Of a stretch of 64,000 bases of DNA, positions 51,794 to 61,846 are shown in pieces. The stretch lies in the NCBI GenBank assembly GCA_964415785.1, contig CAYQBU010000001.1, positions 1,152 through 65,151 of the forward strand, in the 5' to 3' direction. This DNA is from an uncultured Bradymonadales bacterium. Its GTDB lineage: Bacteria; Myxococcota_A; Bradymonadia; Bradymonadales; Bradymonadaceae. Numbering within the stretch: position 1 is the stretch's first letter; each line of letters starts with the position of its first letter. Below the pieces are notes generated by a model. The model worked only from the letters and a program-made list of their open reading frames with translations. It made no database searches and was not told where the DNA came from. The position numbers and the translations under genes were made by a program.

Positions 51794-52612
51794 TTGGCCA
51801 GGCTTCTTCTCATTGGTGGTCCAGCCCCGACGTGGGCCCAGGAGCTGGAATCTGTCGCCGGCGAGCAACTGGAGCTCCTGGCCTGTCGGTTGCCCTCCGA
51901 GGGGATCCGCCACTTCCAGCAGAGCCCTCCCGACCTGGTGCTCATCGTCGATACCAAAGGCGGCGATCGAGTCCAGGTCCTGGCCCGGGCCCTCCTCGAT
52001 CGTCCTCTGGGAACCCTCGTCCCCATCGCCATCCATGCCCCGGCACCGAACGACAAGGACGCCGCCCGAAAGGCGCTGGGCCTCGCCTGCTGGTTCGATC
52101 CCTCCACCACGGCCCAGGAAGTCCACGCCACCGTCTGTGAACTGCTTCACCTCGACGACGAGGTCGCTCCCCTGGAGCCGGAGCACCAGGACCGGGAGAC
52201 CACATCTTATCTCGATGGCGAGTTGGTCCTGGAGTCCGTGGAGCCCCAGAAGCAACCCTCTTCCGGCAACGCTGATTCGCTGCCAACCCCACCCAGAATC
52301 TCCCCTTCCGCGGCCGCCACTAAAGAACCTCGAGCCGTAGATCGCCAGGAATTGGAGCGCCTACTCAAGGCCGTCCGCCACGACGACTACTACACCATCC
52401 TCGATATCCGCCGGGGAGCCGACAGCCAGCGCATTCGCCAGGCCTACCAGGCGCGTCAGAGCCGCTTTGACCCCCAACAGCTTCCCTTTGAATTGAGTCA
52501 TACCTATCAAGATGAATTGGACGAAATCGCCGATGCCCTCGATGATGCTTACGCCGTGCTCGGCGATCCAGACCTGCGCCGCGACTACCTGGAAGCGATC
52601 CTTCAGCGTTAA
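51794..52612 (+). CDS. Pseudo-receiver domain plus C-terminal J-like domain lacking HPD
   Basis: TTG start. LLLIGGP...PDLVLIVD is receiver-like without the N-terminal acidic pair. C-terminal DYYTILDIRRGADSQRIRQAYQARQSRFDPQQ...AYAVLGDPDLRRDY has a J-domain pattern with FDP replacing HPD. Confidence 0.6.
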   Translation: MARLLLIGGPAPTWAQELESVAGEQLELLACRLPSEGIRHFQQSPPDLVLIVDTKGGDRVQVLARALLDRPLGTLVPIAIHAPAPNDKDAARKALGLACWFDPSTTAQEVHATVCELLHLDDEVAPLEPEHQDRETTSYLDGELVLESVEPQKQPSSGNADSLPTPPRISPSAAATKEPRAVDRQELERLLKAVRHDDYYTILDIRRGADSQRIRQAYQARQSRFDPQQLPFELSHTYQDELDEIADALDDAYAVLGDPDLRRDYLEAILQR

Positions 52613-52663
52613 TTGAACCGCCCTACCCGACCCTCAACCCCCCTCCATCAAACCGAGTCGACC

Positions 52664-53209
52664 ATGGCCATTCGCGACATCGTTCTCTTTCCCGACCCCG
52701 TCCTCCAGACCTGCTGCGAACCCGTCGAGGAGGTCACCGACGACATCCGACAACTCGTCGATGACATGGTGGAGACCATGTACGACGCTCCCGGCATCGG
52801 GCTCGCCGCTCCTCAAATCGGCATCAGCAAGCGCATCACCGTCATCGACACCACCGCCGGCGAAGAGGAGGGCAACCTTCACGTCCTCATCAATCCTAAA
52901 ATCGTGGAGGCCGAGGGGCATATCACCTGGGAGGAGGGCTGCCTGTCCATTCCCGGCGTCTACGAAAAAGTCGACCGCGCCCACCAGGTCACCGTCCGCG
53001 CTCTCGATCGCAATGGCGACCCCTATGAATTGGAGGCCGAAGAGATTCTGGCCGTTGCTATCCAACACGAGATCGACCACCTCGATGGCGTCCTCTTTTT
53101 GGAGCACCTCAGCGGCCTCAAACGCCGCCTGCTGATCAAAAAGTATAAAAAGCACCTCAAAAAGATGGCCCGCGCCGAAGAAGAAAAAGAAGACACCCCA
53201 AAGCTCTAA
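52664..53209 (+). CDS. def: Peptide deformylase
   Basis: GIGLAAPQ, EGCLSIPG and HEIDHL motifs. Start at ATG 52664 (MAIRDIVLFPDPVL). Confidence 0.95.
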   Translation: MAIRDIVLFPDPVLQTCCEPVEEVTDDIRQLVDDMVETMYDAPGIGLAAPQIGISKRITVIDTTAGEEEGNLHVLINPKIVEAEGHITWEEGCLSIPGVYEKVDRAHQVTVRALDRNGDPYELEAEEILAVAIQHEIDHLDGVLFLEHLSGLKRRLLIKKYKKHLKKMARAEEEKEDTPKL

Positions 53210-53248
53210 TCCCTTCAACTCCCCTCCTCTCTACCCCCAGGAGCTTCG

Positions 53249-54259
53249 ATGAGTGACTCCTCCTCGACCCGCCGCCGCCTGCGCATCGTCTATATGGGCA
53301 CCCCCGACTTTGCTGTTCCCGCCCTCAATGCCCTGGCCACCTCCAGCGACGACGTGGTCGGTGTCATTACCCAGCCCGACCGGCGCCGCGGGCGCGGTAA
53401 AAAGCGCCGACCCACGGCCGTCAAAGTCGCCGCCGAGGACGCGGGACTCCCCATATTTCAACCGGAAAACATCAACGACGACCTGGCGCTGGAACACCAC
53501 AAAGATTGGGCCCCCGATGTAGTGGTCGTCGCCGCCTACGGCCAAATCCTATCGCCCAAGGTGCTCAATGTCCCCCCCCACGGGTGCATCAACATTCACG
53601 CCTCGCTTTTGCCCAAATATCGCGGTGCCGCCCCCATCAACTGGGCGATCGCCAATGGAGAGGAGAGCTCGGGCATCACGATCATGGAGATGGAAGAAGG
53701 CCTGGACACCGGTCCCATGCTCCTCAAAAAACGAACCCTCATTGGCCCCCTGGAGACGGCGGGCGAACTCCACGACCGCCTCGCTGAAATGGGCGCCGAG
53801 TTGATCGTCGACGTCATGCGTCTGATCCACCTCGACAGCCTCAACCCGGTAGAGCAAGACGACGCCCAATCGAGCTACGCCCCCATGCTCTCGCGCGACG
53901 ACGGGGCCCTCAACTGGAGTGATAGCGCGGCCTCACTGGCCTTTAAGATTCGCGGGTTTCATCCCTGGCCGGGCACCTTCTCTACCGTTGAACTCGCCAA
54001 TGAGGAGTCTGAACGCATCAAATTCCATCTCGCACGCGCCCTGGATACCGCTTCCAACCAGCCTCCCGGCACTGTCATTCGTGCCGACCGCAAGGCCGGC
54101 GAACTCCACATCGCCACCGGCGAGGGTGTTCTCGAATGTCTCGAACTTCAGGCTCCCGGCCGGCGTGCCATGGACATCGGTGATTTCCTCAACGGCCACA
54201 CCATCAACGAGGGCGACCGCTTCCTTTCGCCCGATGCCGACCGCGGAGATCATCCATGA
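53249..54259 (+). CDS. fmt: Methionyl-tRNA formyltransferase
   Basis: IVYMGTPDFAVP and NIHASLLPKYRGAAPI. Confidence 0.95.
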   Translation: MSDSSSTRRRLRIVYMGTPDFAVPALNALATSSDDVVGVITQPDRRRGRGKKRRPTAVKVAAEDAGLPIFQPENINDDLALEHHKDWAPDVVVVAAYGQILSPKVLNVPPHGCINIHASLLPKYRGAAPINWAIANGEESSGITIMEMEEGLDTGPMLLKKRTLIGPLETAGELHDRLAEMGAELIVDVMRLIHLDSLNPVEQDDAQSSYAPMLSRDDGALNWSDSAASLAFKIRGFHPWPGTFSTVELANEESERIKFHLARALDTASNQPPGTVIRADRKAGELHIATGEGVLECLELQAPGRRAMDIGDFLNGHTINEGDRFLSPDADRGDHP

Positions 54260-55608
54260 GCTGTCCCCGTACCATCGCCACCGACGTGCTCCAGCGCGTC
54301 CTCGACAACGACGCTTTCAGCCACCTCGCCCTCGACCAGGCCCTTCGCCAAAGCGATCTCGACGAGCGCGACCGCGCCCTCTGCACCACCCTGGTCTATG
54401 GCACCCTGACCTGGCTTCGCCGACTCGATGAGGAGCTTCGTCCCCTGGTCAGCCGAGATCTGGAGGGCCTGGATCGCCCGGTCTTGATCTCGCTCCGAAT
54501 GGCGCTCTTCCAGATCCTCTTTCTCGATCGCATCCCTGATCACGCCGCCGTCGATCGCGCCGTCGCCATCAGTAAAAAGCGCTGCGGACGCGGCGCCTCT
54601 GGCTTCACCAACGGCGTCCTTCGAAACTGGCTTCGAAAGCGCCAGGACACGCCCATCTGGGAAGGCATCGATCCCACCAAAGAGCCGACGCGCTACCTGG
54701 CCATCCGCTACTCCTTGCCCGACTGGCTGGCCTCCTACCTCATCGACCAGAGCGGATTGGAGCGCGCCCAAGAGCGCGCGTCCGTCCTCACTGAGCAAGC
54801 TCCGCTGACCTTTCGCATCACCTCGCCAGCCCTCCTGGAGCAACTTGACCACCCTCTCATCTCCACCTCCCAACCGATCGATGGGATGCCTCTGGCTCAC
54901 CACGCCTCGGGCATGAACGAATCCCTCCGAAAGGCCCTCGATGAAGGCGACGCCGTCATCCAGGACCTGGGAAGTCAGCTCATCGGATGTATCGCCGCCA
55001 GCGCTATCGCCAATCGACCCTGCACCGTGTTGGACGCCTGCGCGGGACTCGGTGGCAAAGCCCTTCATCTCGCTCAAGAACTGGGCGACCAGGCGGTCAT
55101 TCACGCCGTCGACCCCCACGAATCGAAACTCAATGAGCTCAAAAAGGCGGCCCAACGCAATGGTTTAGGTGATCAAATCCAGTGCCATGCGACGACCCTG
55201 GGTGACCTCCCCTCCGAGATGGGTCCCCAAGATCTGGTGCTCGTCGACGCTCCCTGCACCGGCCTGGGCGTCATCCGCCGACACCCCGAAACCCGATGGC
55301 GCCGTCAACCCGACGACATCGCCAATCGAGCCCAATTGCAGCGCCAACTCCTCGACGAGGCCGCTCCTTTCGTCGCCCCTGGCGGCCACCTGATGTACAG
55401 TGTGTGCAGCTTCACCGACGAAGAGGGCCCACAGGTCATCGAATATTTCCTCGAGCAGCACCCCGAATTCGAGCGCTCATCGCCCCGCGAAGGACTCCCG
55501 GAGGCCTACTGGAGTGCCATCAATGAGCGCCAGGAGCTTCGCCTGGAGCCGGCGGATTTCGGCTGCGACGCCTTCTTCGGTGCGCTTCTTCAACGAACCG
55601 AGTCCTGA
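54256..55608 (+). CDS. rsmB: 16S rRNA (cytosine-C5)-methyltransferase RsmB/Sun
   Basis: NusB-like N-domain. SAM motif LDACAGLGGK, DAPCTGLGVIRRHPE and YSVCS. The start overlaps the fmt stop by 4 nt. Confidence 0.9.
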   Translation: MSCPRTIATDVLQRVLDNDAFSHLALDQALRQSDLDERDRALCTTLVYGTLTWLRRLDEELRPLVSRDLEGLDRPVLISLRMALFQILFLDRIPDHAAVDRAVAISKKRCGRGASGFTNGVLRNWLRKRQDTPIWEGIDPTKEPTRYLAIRYSLPDWLASYLIDQSGLERAQERASVLTEQAPLTFRITSPALLEQLDHPLISTSQPIDGMPLAHHASGMNESLRKALDEGDAVIQDLGSQLIGCIAASAIANRPCTVLDACAGLGGKALHLAQELGDQAVIHAVDPHESKLNELKKAAQRNGLGDQIQCHATTLGDLPSEMGPQDLVLVDAPCTGLGVIRRHPETRWRRQPDDIANRAQLQRQLLDEAAPFVAPGGHLMYSVCSFTDEEGPQVIEYFLEQHPEFERSSPREGLPEAYWSAINERQELRLEPADFGCDAFFGALLQRTES

Positions 55609-55634
55609 ACCACTCCTTTTTGCGAGTCTTTGCC

Positions 55635-56309
55635 ATGGCAGATCTCCATATTGCTCCTTCAATACTGGCCAGCGATTTTGCCCATCTCGGCGACGAGTGC
55701 CAGAGCGTACTCGACGCCGGCGCCGACTGGCTTCACGTCGACGTGATGGATGGCCACTATGTGCCCAATATCACCATCGGTCTTCCCGTCGTAAAAAGCC
55801 TTCGCCGGGCGCTCCCCGAGGCCTTTCTGGACACTCATTTGATGATCGCAAACCCCGACGAGATGGCCCCGCTTTTTGCCGAGGCCGGCTCCGACCTGGT
55901 CTGCTTTCACCCGGAGGCCAGTGACCATCCCCACCGCACCATTCAGCAGATCAACAACGCCGGCGCTCAGGCCGGCCTGGCCATCAACCCCGGCACCCCG
56001 CTTCACTGGCTGGATCACCTGGCCCAGGACATCGATCTGCTCCTCAACATGAGCGTCTCCCCCGGCTTTGGCGGCCAGAGCTTTATCGACCACACCCTGG
56101 ACAAGCTCATCGAGGCTCGCCAGCGCTTGGACGCCCTCGGCGAAGACGCCCTCATCGAGGTCGATGGTGGCGTCAAACCCACCAACGCCGGCGCCATCCG
56201 CCGCGCGGGCGCCGACGTCCTCGTCGCCGGCAGCGCCATCTTTGGCAGCGACGACTACGCCAGCGCCATCGCCGCCATCCGCGACGCCGCCACCCAGACC
56301 ATCGCATGA
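55635..56309 (+). CDS. rpe: Ribulose-phosphate 3-epimerase
   Basis: IAPSILASDF, HVDVMDGHYVPN and MSVSPGFGGQ. Confidence 0.95.
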   Translation: MADLHIAPSILASDFAHLGDECQSVLDAGADWLHVDVMDGHYVPNITIGLPVVKSLRRALPEAFLDTHLMIANPDEMAPLFAEAGSDLVCFHPEASDHPHRTIQQINNAGAQAGLAINPGTPLHWLDHLAQDIDLLLNMSVSPGFGGQSFIDHTLDKLIEARQRLDALGEDALIEVDGGVKPTNAGAIRRAGADVLVAGSAIFGSDDYASAIAAIRDAATQTIA

Positions 56310-56755
56310 GCGCCGACGACACATTGCTCGCCGTCGATCTGGGCCTCCGCAGCGGCCTCGCCACCTATCATCGCAGTGGCAACCTCATCGATTACCGCTC
56401 CACAAATTTTGGGTCTCGACGGCGACTCAAACAGGCCGTCTATGGCCTCATCAAAGATGCCGGACCTCCTGCCCACCTTATCGTAGAGGGCGATCGCAAC
56501 CTCGGCGCGATCTGGCGCAAGGCCGGCGATAAATTGGGCGCTCAATTCCACGAGGTCAGCCCAAAGACCTGGCGCCAGGCCGTCCTGGAGCCCCATCAGC
56601 GGCGTGACGCCGCCACCGCCAAGGAGGCCGCCGACACCCTGGCTCGCCGAGTCATCGAGATCACCGGCGCCGAGCGCCCCACCTCGCTTCGCCACGACGC
56701 CGCCGAAGCCATCCTGATCGGCTGGTGGGGCCTCCACCACCTGGGCTGGCGCTAG
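56306..56755 (+). CDS. Hypothetical protein, RuvC/RNase-H-fold-like
   Basis: LAVDLGLRSG (N-terminal Asp), IVEGD and RHDAAEAILIGW (C-terminal acidic helix) mimic the RuvC-like catalytic layout. The start overlaps the rpe stop (ATGA). Confidence 0.45.
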   Translation: MSADDTLLAVDLGLRSGLATYHRSGNLIDYRSTNFGSRRRLKQAVYGLIKDAGPPAHLIVEGDRNLGAIWRKAGDKLGAQFHEVSPKTWRQAVLEPHQRRDAATAKEAADTLARRVIEITGAERPTSLRHDAAEAILIGWWGLHHLGWR

Positions 56756-56762
56756 CGACTCG

Positions 56763-57044
56763 CTAACGCCGCACCTCAAATCCCTGGAAACGCTCTCCGT
56801 CCTCCACCGCGCTGCGCTCGACCCGATCGACCCGCGCCGCCGACGAGCCCTGATGCGCCCACTCCACCATCTCCTCGACCTTGTCCTCTGGGCCCTGCAA
56901 CACAGCCTCCACCGACCCATCGCGCCGATTGCGAACCCATCCCCGAACGCCGTGTTTCCTCGCCTGCTTGCGCGTCGTCGCCCGAAAAAACACACCCTGA
57001 ACCCGACCGAACACTTCCAATCTCACCGTCTTTTCATTATCCAT
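56763..57044 (-). CDS. acyP: Acylphosphatase
   Basis: [11 protein letters not shown] and [12 protein letters not shown]. Start chosen at ATG 57044 for the family-typical ~93 aa. Confidence 0.85.
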   Translation of the reverse strand: MDNEKTVRLEVFGRVQGVFFRATTRKQARKHGVRGWVRNRRDGSVEAVLQGPEDKVEEMVEWAHQGSSAARVDRVERSAVEDGERFQGFEVRR

Positions 57045-57091
57045 CTCACACGCTCCGTTAGGACACCTTTCCATCGTCACTTAAGATCTCC

Positions 57092-57745
57092 ATGGCTTTC
57101 GACGAACTCATCACCCCCATCGATCTCGAGCGCTGGCCACGGCGCTCCCATTACGAATTCTTTCGCGATTTCGATCAACCCTTCTTCGACGTCTCCAGCC
57201 GCGTCGACCTGACCCCGCTGGTCCAGAGCGACGCCCGAGACGAATTTGGCCTCTTCGCCACCATGATCCACACCGCATTGCGCGCCGCCAACGCCACCGA
57301 GGCGCTGCGCCTGCGCTTTCGAGGCGACCAGGTCTATCGCATCGAGCAAAACCAGGCCTCCTTTACGGTGCTCGGCGACAACGACCTCTTTAACTACGCC
57401 ACCGCCCTCTTTGATGCCGACCTGAGCACCTTCTCCGATCGCATCCGAAAGGCCAGCGCCGACTCCCGGAGCCGTCAACAGCTCTACCTGGAAGACGATC
57501 GCCGCCCCGATCTGGTCTATATCACCTGTCTTCCCTGGCTGGACTTCCAGAGCATCCGCCACCCCATGCCCGGCGATCCCGACGACTGCGCCCCCCGCAT
57601 CGCCTGGGGCAAGATCGGGCCCAACGCCGACGGCCGATTTGAGGCCTCTCTCCAGCTCACCGTCCATCACGCCCTGGCCGACGGGGTCCACGCGGCCACC
57701 TTTTTTCGTGAATTTGAGCAACGAGTCGACGCTTTCAACCCCTAA
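57092..57745 (+). CDS. Chloramphenicol-acetyltransferase-family (CAT type A-like) protein
   Basis: WPRRSHYEFFRDFDQPFF N-terminal motif and the catalytic-His block LTVHHALADGVH. Confidence 0.8.
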   Translation: MAFDELITPIDLERWPRRSHYEFFRDFDQPFFDVSSRVDLTPLVQSDARDEFGLFATMIHTALRAANATEALRLRFRGDQVYRIEQNQASFTVLGDNDLFNYATALFDADLSTFSDRIRKASADSRSRQQLYLEDDRRPDLVYITCLPWLDFQSIRHPMPGDPDDCAPRIAWGKIGPNADGRFEASLQLTVHHALADGVHAATFFREFEQRVDAFNP

Positions 57746-57751
57746 GGCACC

Positions 57752-60289
57752 ATGAATCTCAGTGACGCCTTCGACCAGTCCCTGCCCATTGACCGCTCCC
57801 GCGACGACGTGGAATCGGCCCTGGAGTCCGACGCCCCTCTGGTGGTCACCGCCCCGACGGGCTCCGGCAAATCCACTCGCCTTCCGCTGTGGCTCGCCGA
57901 CCGCGTCTCCGGCACGGTCCTCGTCGTCGAACCGCGACGCGTGGCCTGCCGCTCCCTATCGGGCTACCTGTCGCAAGCTCTGGACGAATCCCCGGGACAG
58001 ACCATCGGCCACCGCGTCCGCTTCGACGATCGCACCGGTGGCGACACCCGCATCATCTTCGCCACCACCGGCGTCGTCCTCCAGATGCTCAGCGACGGCA
58101 CCGACGACTTCGACGCCCTGATCATCGACGAATTCCACGAGCGCGGATGGGAGGTCGACCTGATCACGGCCATCATGCTCGATCTCAAGGCCAGCGGTGA
58201 CTTCAACGCTCCCCTCATCCTCACCAGCGCCACCGTCGATGCTCAGGGCATCGCCGACGATATCGGCGCCCAAAAGGTCATCAGTGAGGGCCGCACCTAT
58301 CCCGTGGATATCACCTACCAGGGAGAGGCCAAGGCCCCGACCTCCGACGACCTCGCGAGCCGCGTTCGCAAGGCCGTAGACAAGGCGCTTAGCGACGACG
58401 ATGGCGATATCCTGGTCTTCCTGCCGGGCAAGGGCGAGATCTCGGACTGCCAATCCACCCTTCGCAGCCTCTCCCAAGACGTGGAGATACTCCCCGTCCA
58501 CGGCCGACTGCCCCCCGGAAAGATGAGCCACGCCCTGCGCGACAAGGCCTCCAGGCGCCGCATTTTCCTGGCCACCAACGTCGCCGAGACCTCCCTGACC
58601 CTTCCCGGCGTCACCACCGTCATCGATAGCGGCCTGGTCCGCATGCGCGTCCACCGCGGCAGCCGCTCCGCCCTCGCCCTGGTCCCCATCGCAAAGGACT
58701 CCGCCGACCAGCGCGCCGGCCGCGCCGGTCGCGTCCGCCCCGGCCAATGCATCCGCCTCTGGAGCCAGCGCTTTAACCCCGACGAGGCCACCCGACCAGC
58801 CATCGAACGCGTCGAATTGGACGACGTCGTCCTCCGCGCCGCCCGTTGTGGACTCCAGGGCCAGCGCTTCGACGACGCCCCCTGGCTGAGCCAACCGCCG
58901 GCCTTCGCCATCGACAAAGCCCGAAAGCGCCTCCGCCGCATGGGCGCCCTCGATGAAGATCACCACCTCACCGAACGGGGCCGGCGCATGGGTGCCCTTC
59001 CCGTCAATGGCGACGAAGCCCGCATCCTCCTCGATCCCCCAGACTCGCTGGCCGCCACCGCCGCCGACCTCGTCGCTCTGCTCCAGATGGGCCGCGATCT
59101 GCTCCTACCCCATCACCATCTGGGTGGCCGCAACAAAGAGACCATCAAACGGGCCCGCACAAAGCTGCTCAAAGGCACCGGCGACGAGGTCACCGTCCAG
59201 TTGCGCTGCCTGCGAGGCGGCGACGCCCATCGCCACGGCCTTCACCGCTCGCGCCTCTCCGAAGCCCGCCGCATCGCCGACAGCCTCCGCGCCCGCCTCA
59301 ACGTCACCCCCACCGACCCCACGGCCGACTCCACCCCCCTTCCGCCCCCCGAAAAGCTCGCCGACTACCTCTTGAAGCGCATTCCAGAATCCGCCTTCGT
59401 CGCCCGCCAGCGGGCCCTGAAATACCGCCATGAAGGTCGTGCCAAGCGAGGGCGCTCCGAGCCCTGGGCCAATGGCGACATCGAGCTCTCCATCTGGCCC
59501 TTCGACCCTCCTGTGATCAGCGATAAGTCGCCTCCCAGAGACCCCGTCGCCGGTCTCATCCTCGACCACTTCTGGCTCGGCGATGGCGGCATCGGTATCC
59601 GCGGCACCGGCCGCCTCCTGCTGCCTTGCTCCTACAACCAGCTTCTGGACGCCGGCATCGGCACCCCCACGGTGACACGCACCAAAGCCGGCACCCGCCA
59701 CGGCCGTCCCTATCTCCGCGGCATCATCGCCTACGAACACGCCGGCGTCACCCTCGATACCCGGGAATCGGACCTGGAAGGCGACGTCCTCCACCAGGCG
59801 GCCGCCGAGGCCATCCTGGAGGGCCGCCTCCTCGACGATGCCGGCGAACGCCTCCTGCAGGACCTCCACCTCTGGGATCTCCTCGCCCGCTGGCCCAAGC
59901 GCGACCGCGACCGCACCTGGCAGCAGGGGCCCGACGCCCCGGAGCCAAAAACCTATCTCGCCGACCGCCTCGCCGAATTGGGCGTCGCCGCCGCCGAAGA
60001 CCTCATGCTCGTCGAAGCCCAGGATCTGCGACCGGACCTGGTCGACCTGTTTGGGATCTACCAATACCAACTCGACGAGCTCTCCGAGGACTTTCCCCGC
60101 GTCTGGACCCACATGGGCAAGCGCTACCAATGCGACGTCAATCCCGCCCGCCGCCGCGTCCTCCTGACTCCTCTGGACAAAAAGACGGCTCGCGCCGATG
60201 ATCCCAAAGAACGCTACATTCCCCGTTTTCGCGGCTTCGACGTGACCTACCAAAACGCCAGCCGGAAGGTCCCCATCCGCCGCCGTTAG
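57752..60289 (+). CDS. hrpB: ATP-dependent DEAH-box helicase HrpB-like
   Basis: APTGSGKST, DEFHER, TNVAETSLTLPGV and QRAGRAGR. Confidence 0.9.
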   Translation: MNLSDAFDQSLPIDRSRDDVESALESDAPLVVTAPTGSGKSTRLPLWLADRVSGTVLVVEPRRVACRSLSGYLSQALDESPGQTIGHRVRFDDRTGGDTRIIFATTGVVLQMLSDGTDDFDALIIDEFHERGWEVDLITAIMLDLKASGDFNAPLILTSATVDAQGIADDIGAQKVISEGRTYPVDITYQGEAKAPTSDDLASRVRKAVDKALSDDDGDILVFLPGKGEISDCQSTLRSLSQDVEILPVHGRLPPGKMSHALRDKASRRRIFLATNVAETSLTLPGVTTVIDSGLVRMRVHRGSRSALALVPIAKDSADQRAGRAGRVRPGQCIRLWSQRFNPDEATRPAIERVELDDVVLRAARCGLQGQRFDDAPWLSQPPAFAIDKARKRLRRMGALDEDHHLTERGRRMGALPVNGDEARILLDPPDSLAATAADLVALLQMGRDLLLPHHHLGGRNKETIKRARTKLLKGTGDEVTVQLRCLRGGDAHRHGLHRSRLSEARRIADSLRARLNVTPTDPTADSTPLPPPEKLADYLLKRIPESAFVARQRALKYRHEGRAKRGRSEPWANGDIELSIWPFDPPVISDKSPPRDPVAGLILDHFWLGDGGIGIRGTGRLLLPCSYNQLLDAGIGTPTVTRTKAGTRHGRPYLRGIIAYEHAGVTLDTRESDLEGDVLHQAAAEAILEGRLLDDAGERLLQDLHLWDLLARWPKRDRDRTWQQGPDAPEPKTYLADRLAELGVAAAEDLMLVEAQDLRPDLVDLFGIYQYQLDELSEDFPRVWTHMGKRYQCDVNPARRRVLLTPLDKKTARADDPKERYIPRFRGFDVTYQNASRKVPIRRR

Positions 60290-60301
60290 CCCCCACTTGC
60301 G

Positions 60302-61846
60302 ATGTCCTCTACTTCCCCCGAACGCCTTCGCGACGAGAACGCCGCCGACTTTATGGGCGCCGGCTTTGCCCGCGAATTGCGCCACGATCGACGCCGTCGG
60401 CTGGCCTACCAATTCTGGTACCACCCGCTGGTGGAGCTGGCGATCTTTGGCCTCGTTTTGCTGTCCATCCTCTTGTTGATCGTCGAGATCGCGGTCACCG
60501 ATGGCACCGCCGCCGGTTGGCTCAACGCCCTGAGTACCCACGTGGATCGCAGCTTCTTTTTCTGGAGCGACATCGTCATCACCTCCATCTTGGCCGCCGA
60601 ATATGGCTCCAAGCTATGGATCACGCCCAAAGGCCGGCGATGGTTCTTTATTCGCCACACCTGGATTGAGCTGCTGTCTCTGCTCCCCATCCTTCGCGTC
60701 TTTCGCCTCTTTCGTATCTTTCGCACGGTTCGACTCTTTCGGCTCATGCGCATCCTGCGCACCTTGCGCCTGCTGAGGGCCTCTAATTTCCTCAGTCACT
60801 TCTTCAAGGGCCTCGGTGAGGGCTTCCCCCGTCAGCGCGGCGGCAACGCCATCATCCTCACCTATTTTATCTCCACCATGCTCTTCGGCACCCTGGGGAT
60901 CACCATCTTTGAACGGGGTGTCGGCTCCGGCATCGACTCCTTTAGCGACGCCCTGTGGTGGGCCGTGGTCACGCTGAGCACCGTCGGCTACGGCGATCTC
61001 GTGCCCCACACCGCGGGAGGTCGCGTCATCGCCGGCATCGTCATGGTCCTGGGCCTTGGCTTCTGGAGCATCATGATCGGCGTCTTCACCACCTCACTGG
61101 TGGAGCGCGCACGCAACAAAGAGACCATGGGCCTCGATATCCTGGGCATTCATGACCACATCGCCGTCCTGGGCTGGAACCCCAATGGGCCTCGCCTCAT
61201 CGCCGATCTGCGCAACACCGTTCCTCACCACCATATCGTCGTGATCACCGATCAGGAGACCCTGGAGATCCCCATCGATGCTCGCCTCCACCACCTGAGA
61301 AAATCGATCGAAAACCCCGACGATTTAGAGCTCGCCCAACTCGACCGCGCTCGCGCCGTCGCCCTGTTATCACCGGATTCCCCGGGCGTCAGCGATGCCG
61401 ACGCCAAGACCCTTTTGCGCACCCTCAAGTTGCGCCGGCGCCACCCCGATCTCCATCTCACCGTCGAGCTGCGCGACGAGGCCCACGCTGCCCACGCCCG
61501 CTCCCTGGGCGCCGACGACGTGATCATCACCCACCGCCATGGAGGCTCCCTGCTCGCCCAAACCCTGAGAACCCCGGCCATCCACCGCGCTTTCGACAAT
61601 ATCTTCGACGTCGCCGCCGGCTCGCGCTTCGCCCTCCTCGCTCCCCATACCACCTGGCTTGGCCAACCTCTCGCCACCGCCATCCCCGATATTATGGCCC
61701 GCACCGGCGCCGCCCCTGTTGGCGTACTCCGCGAGCACCAGGTTCTGGTCTCTCCCGGCGATCTTCTCCTCCAAGCGGACGACCAGATTCTGGTCCTCGA
61801 ACCCGCCTCCGACCTCCTGGAGCCCCTCCATGACCACTCCGCCTGA
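60302..61846 (+). CDS. Voltage-gated-type K+ channel with C-terminal RCK/TrkA-N domain
   Basis: S4-like RVFRLFRIFRTVRLFRLMRILRTLRLLR. Selectivity filter TLSTVGYGD. RCK-type IAVLGWNPNGPRLIADL. Confidence 0.85.
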   Translation: MSSTSPERLRDENAADFMGAGFARELRHDRRRRLAYQFWYHPLVELAIFGLVLLSILLLIVEIAVTDGTAAGWLNALSTHVDRSFFFWSDIVITSILAAEYGSKLWITPKGRRWFFIRHTWIELLSLLPILRVFRLFRIFRTVRLFRLMRILRTLRLLRASNFLSHFFKGLGEGFPRQRGGNAIILTYFISTMLFGTLGITIFERGVGSGIDSFSDALWWAVVTLSTVGYGDLVPHTAGGRVIAGIVMVLGLGFWSIMIGVFTTSLVERARNKETMGLDILGIHDHIAVLGWNPNGPRLIADLRNTVPHHHIVVITDQETLEIPIDARLHHLRKSIENPDDLELAQLDRARAVALLSPDSPGVSDADAKTLLRTLKLRRRHPDLHLTVELRDEAHAAHARSLGADDVIITHRHGGSLLAQTLRTPAIHRAFDNIFDVAAGSRFALLAPHTTWLGQPLATAIPDIMARTGAAPVGVLREHQVLVSPGDLLLQADDQILVLEPASDLLEPLHDHSA

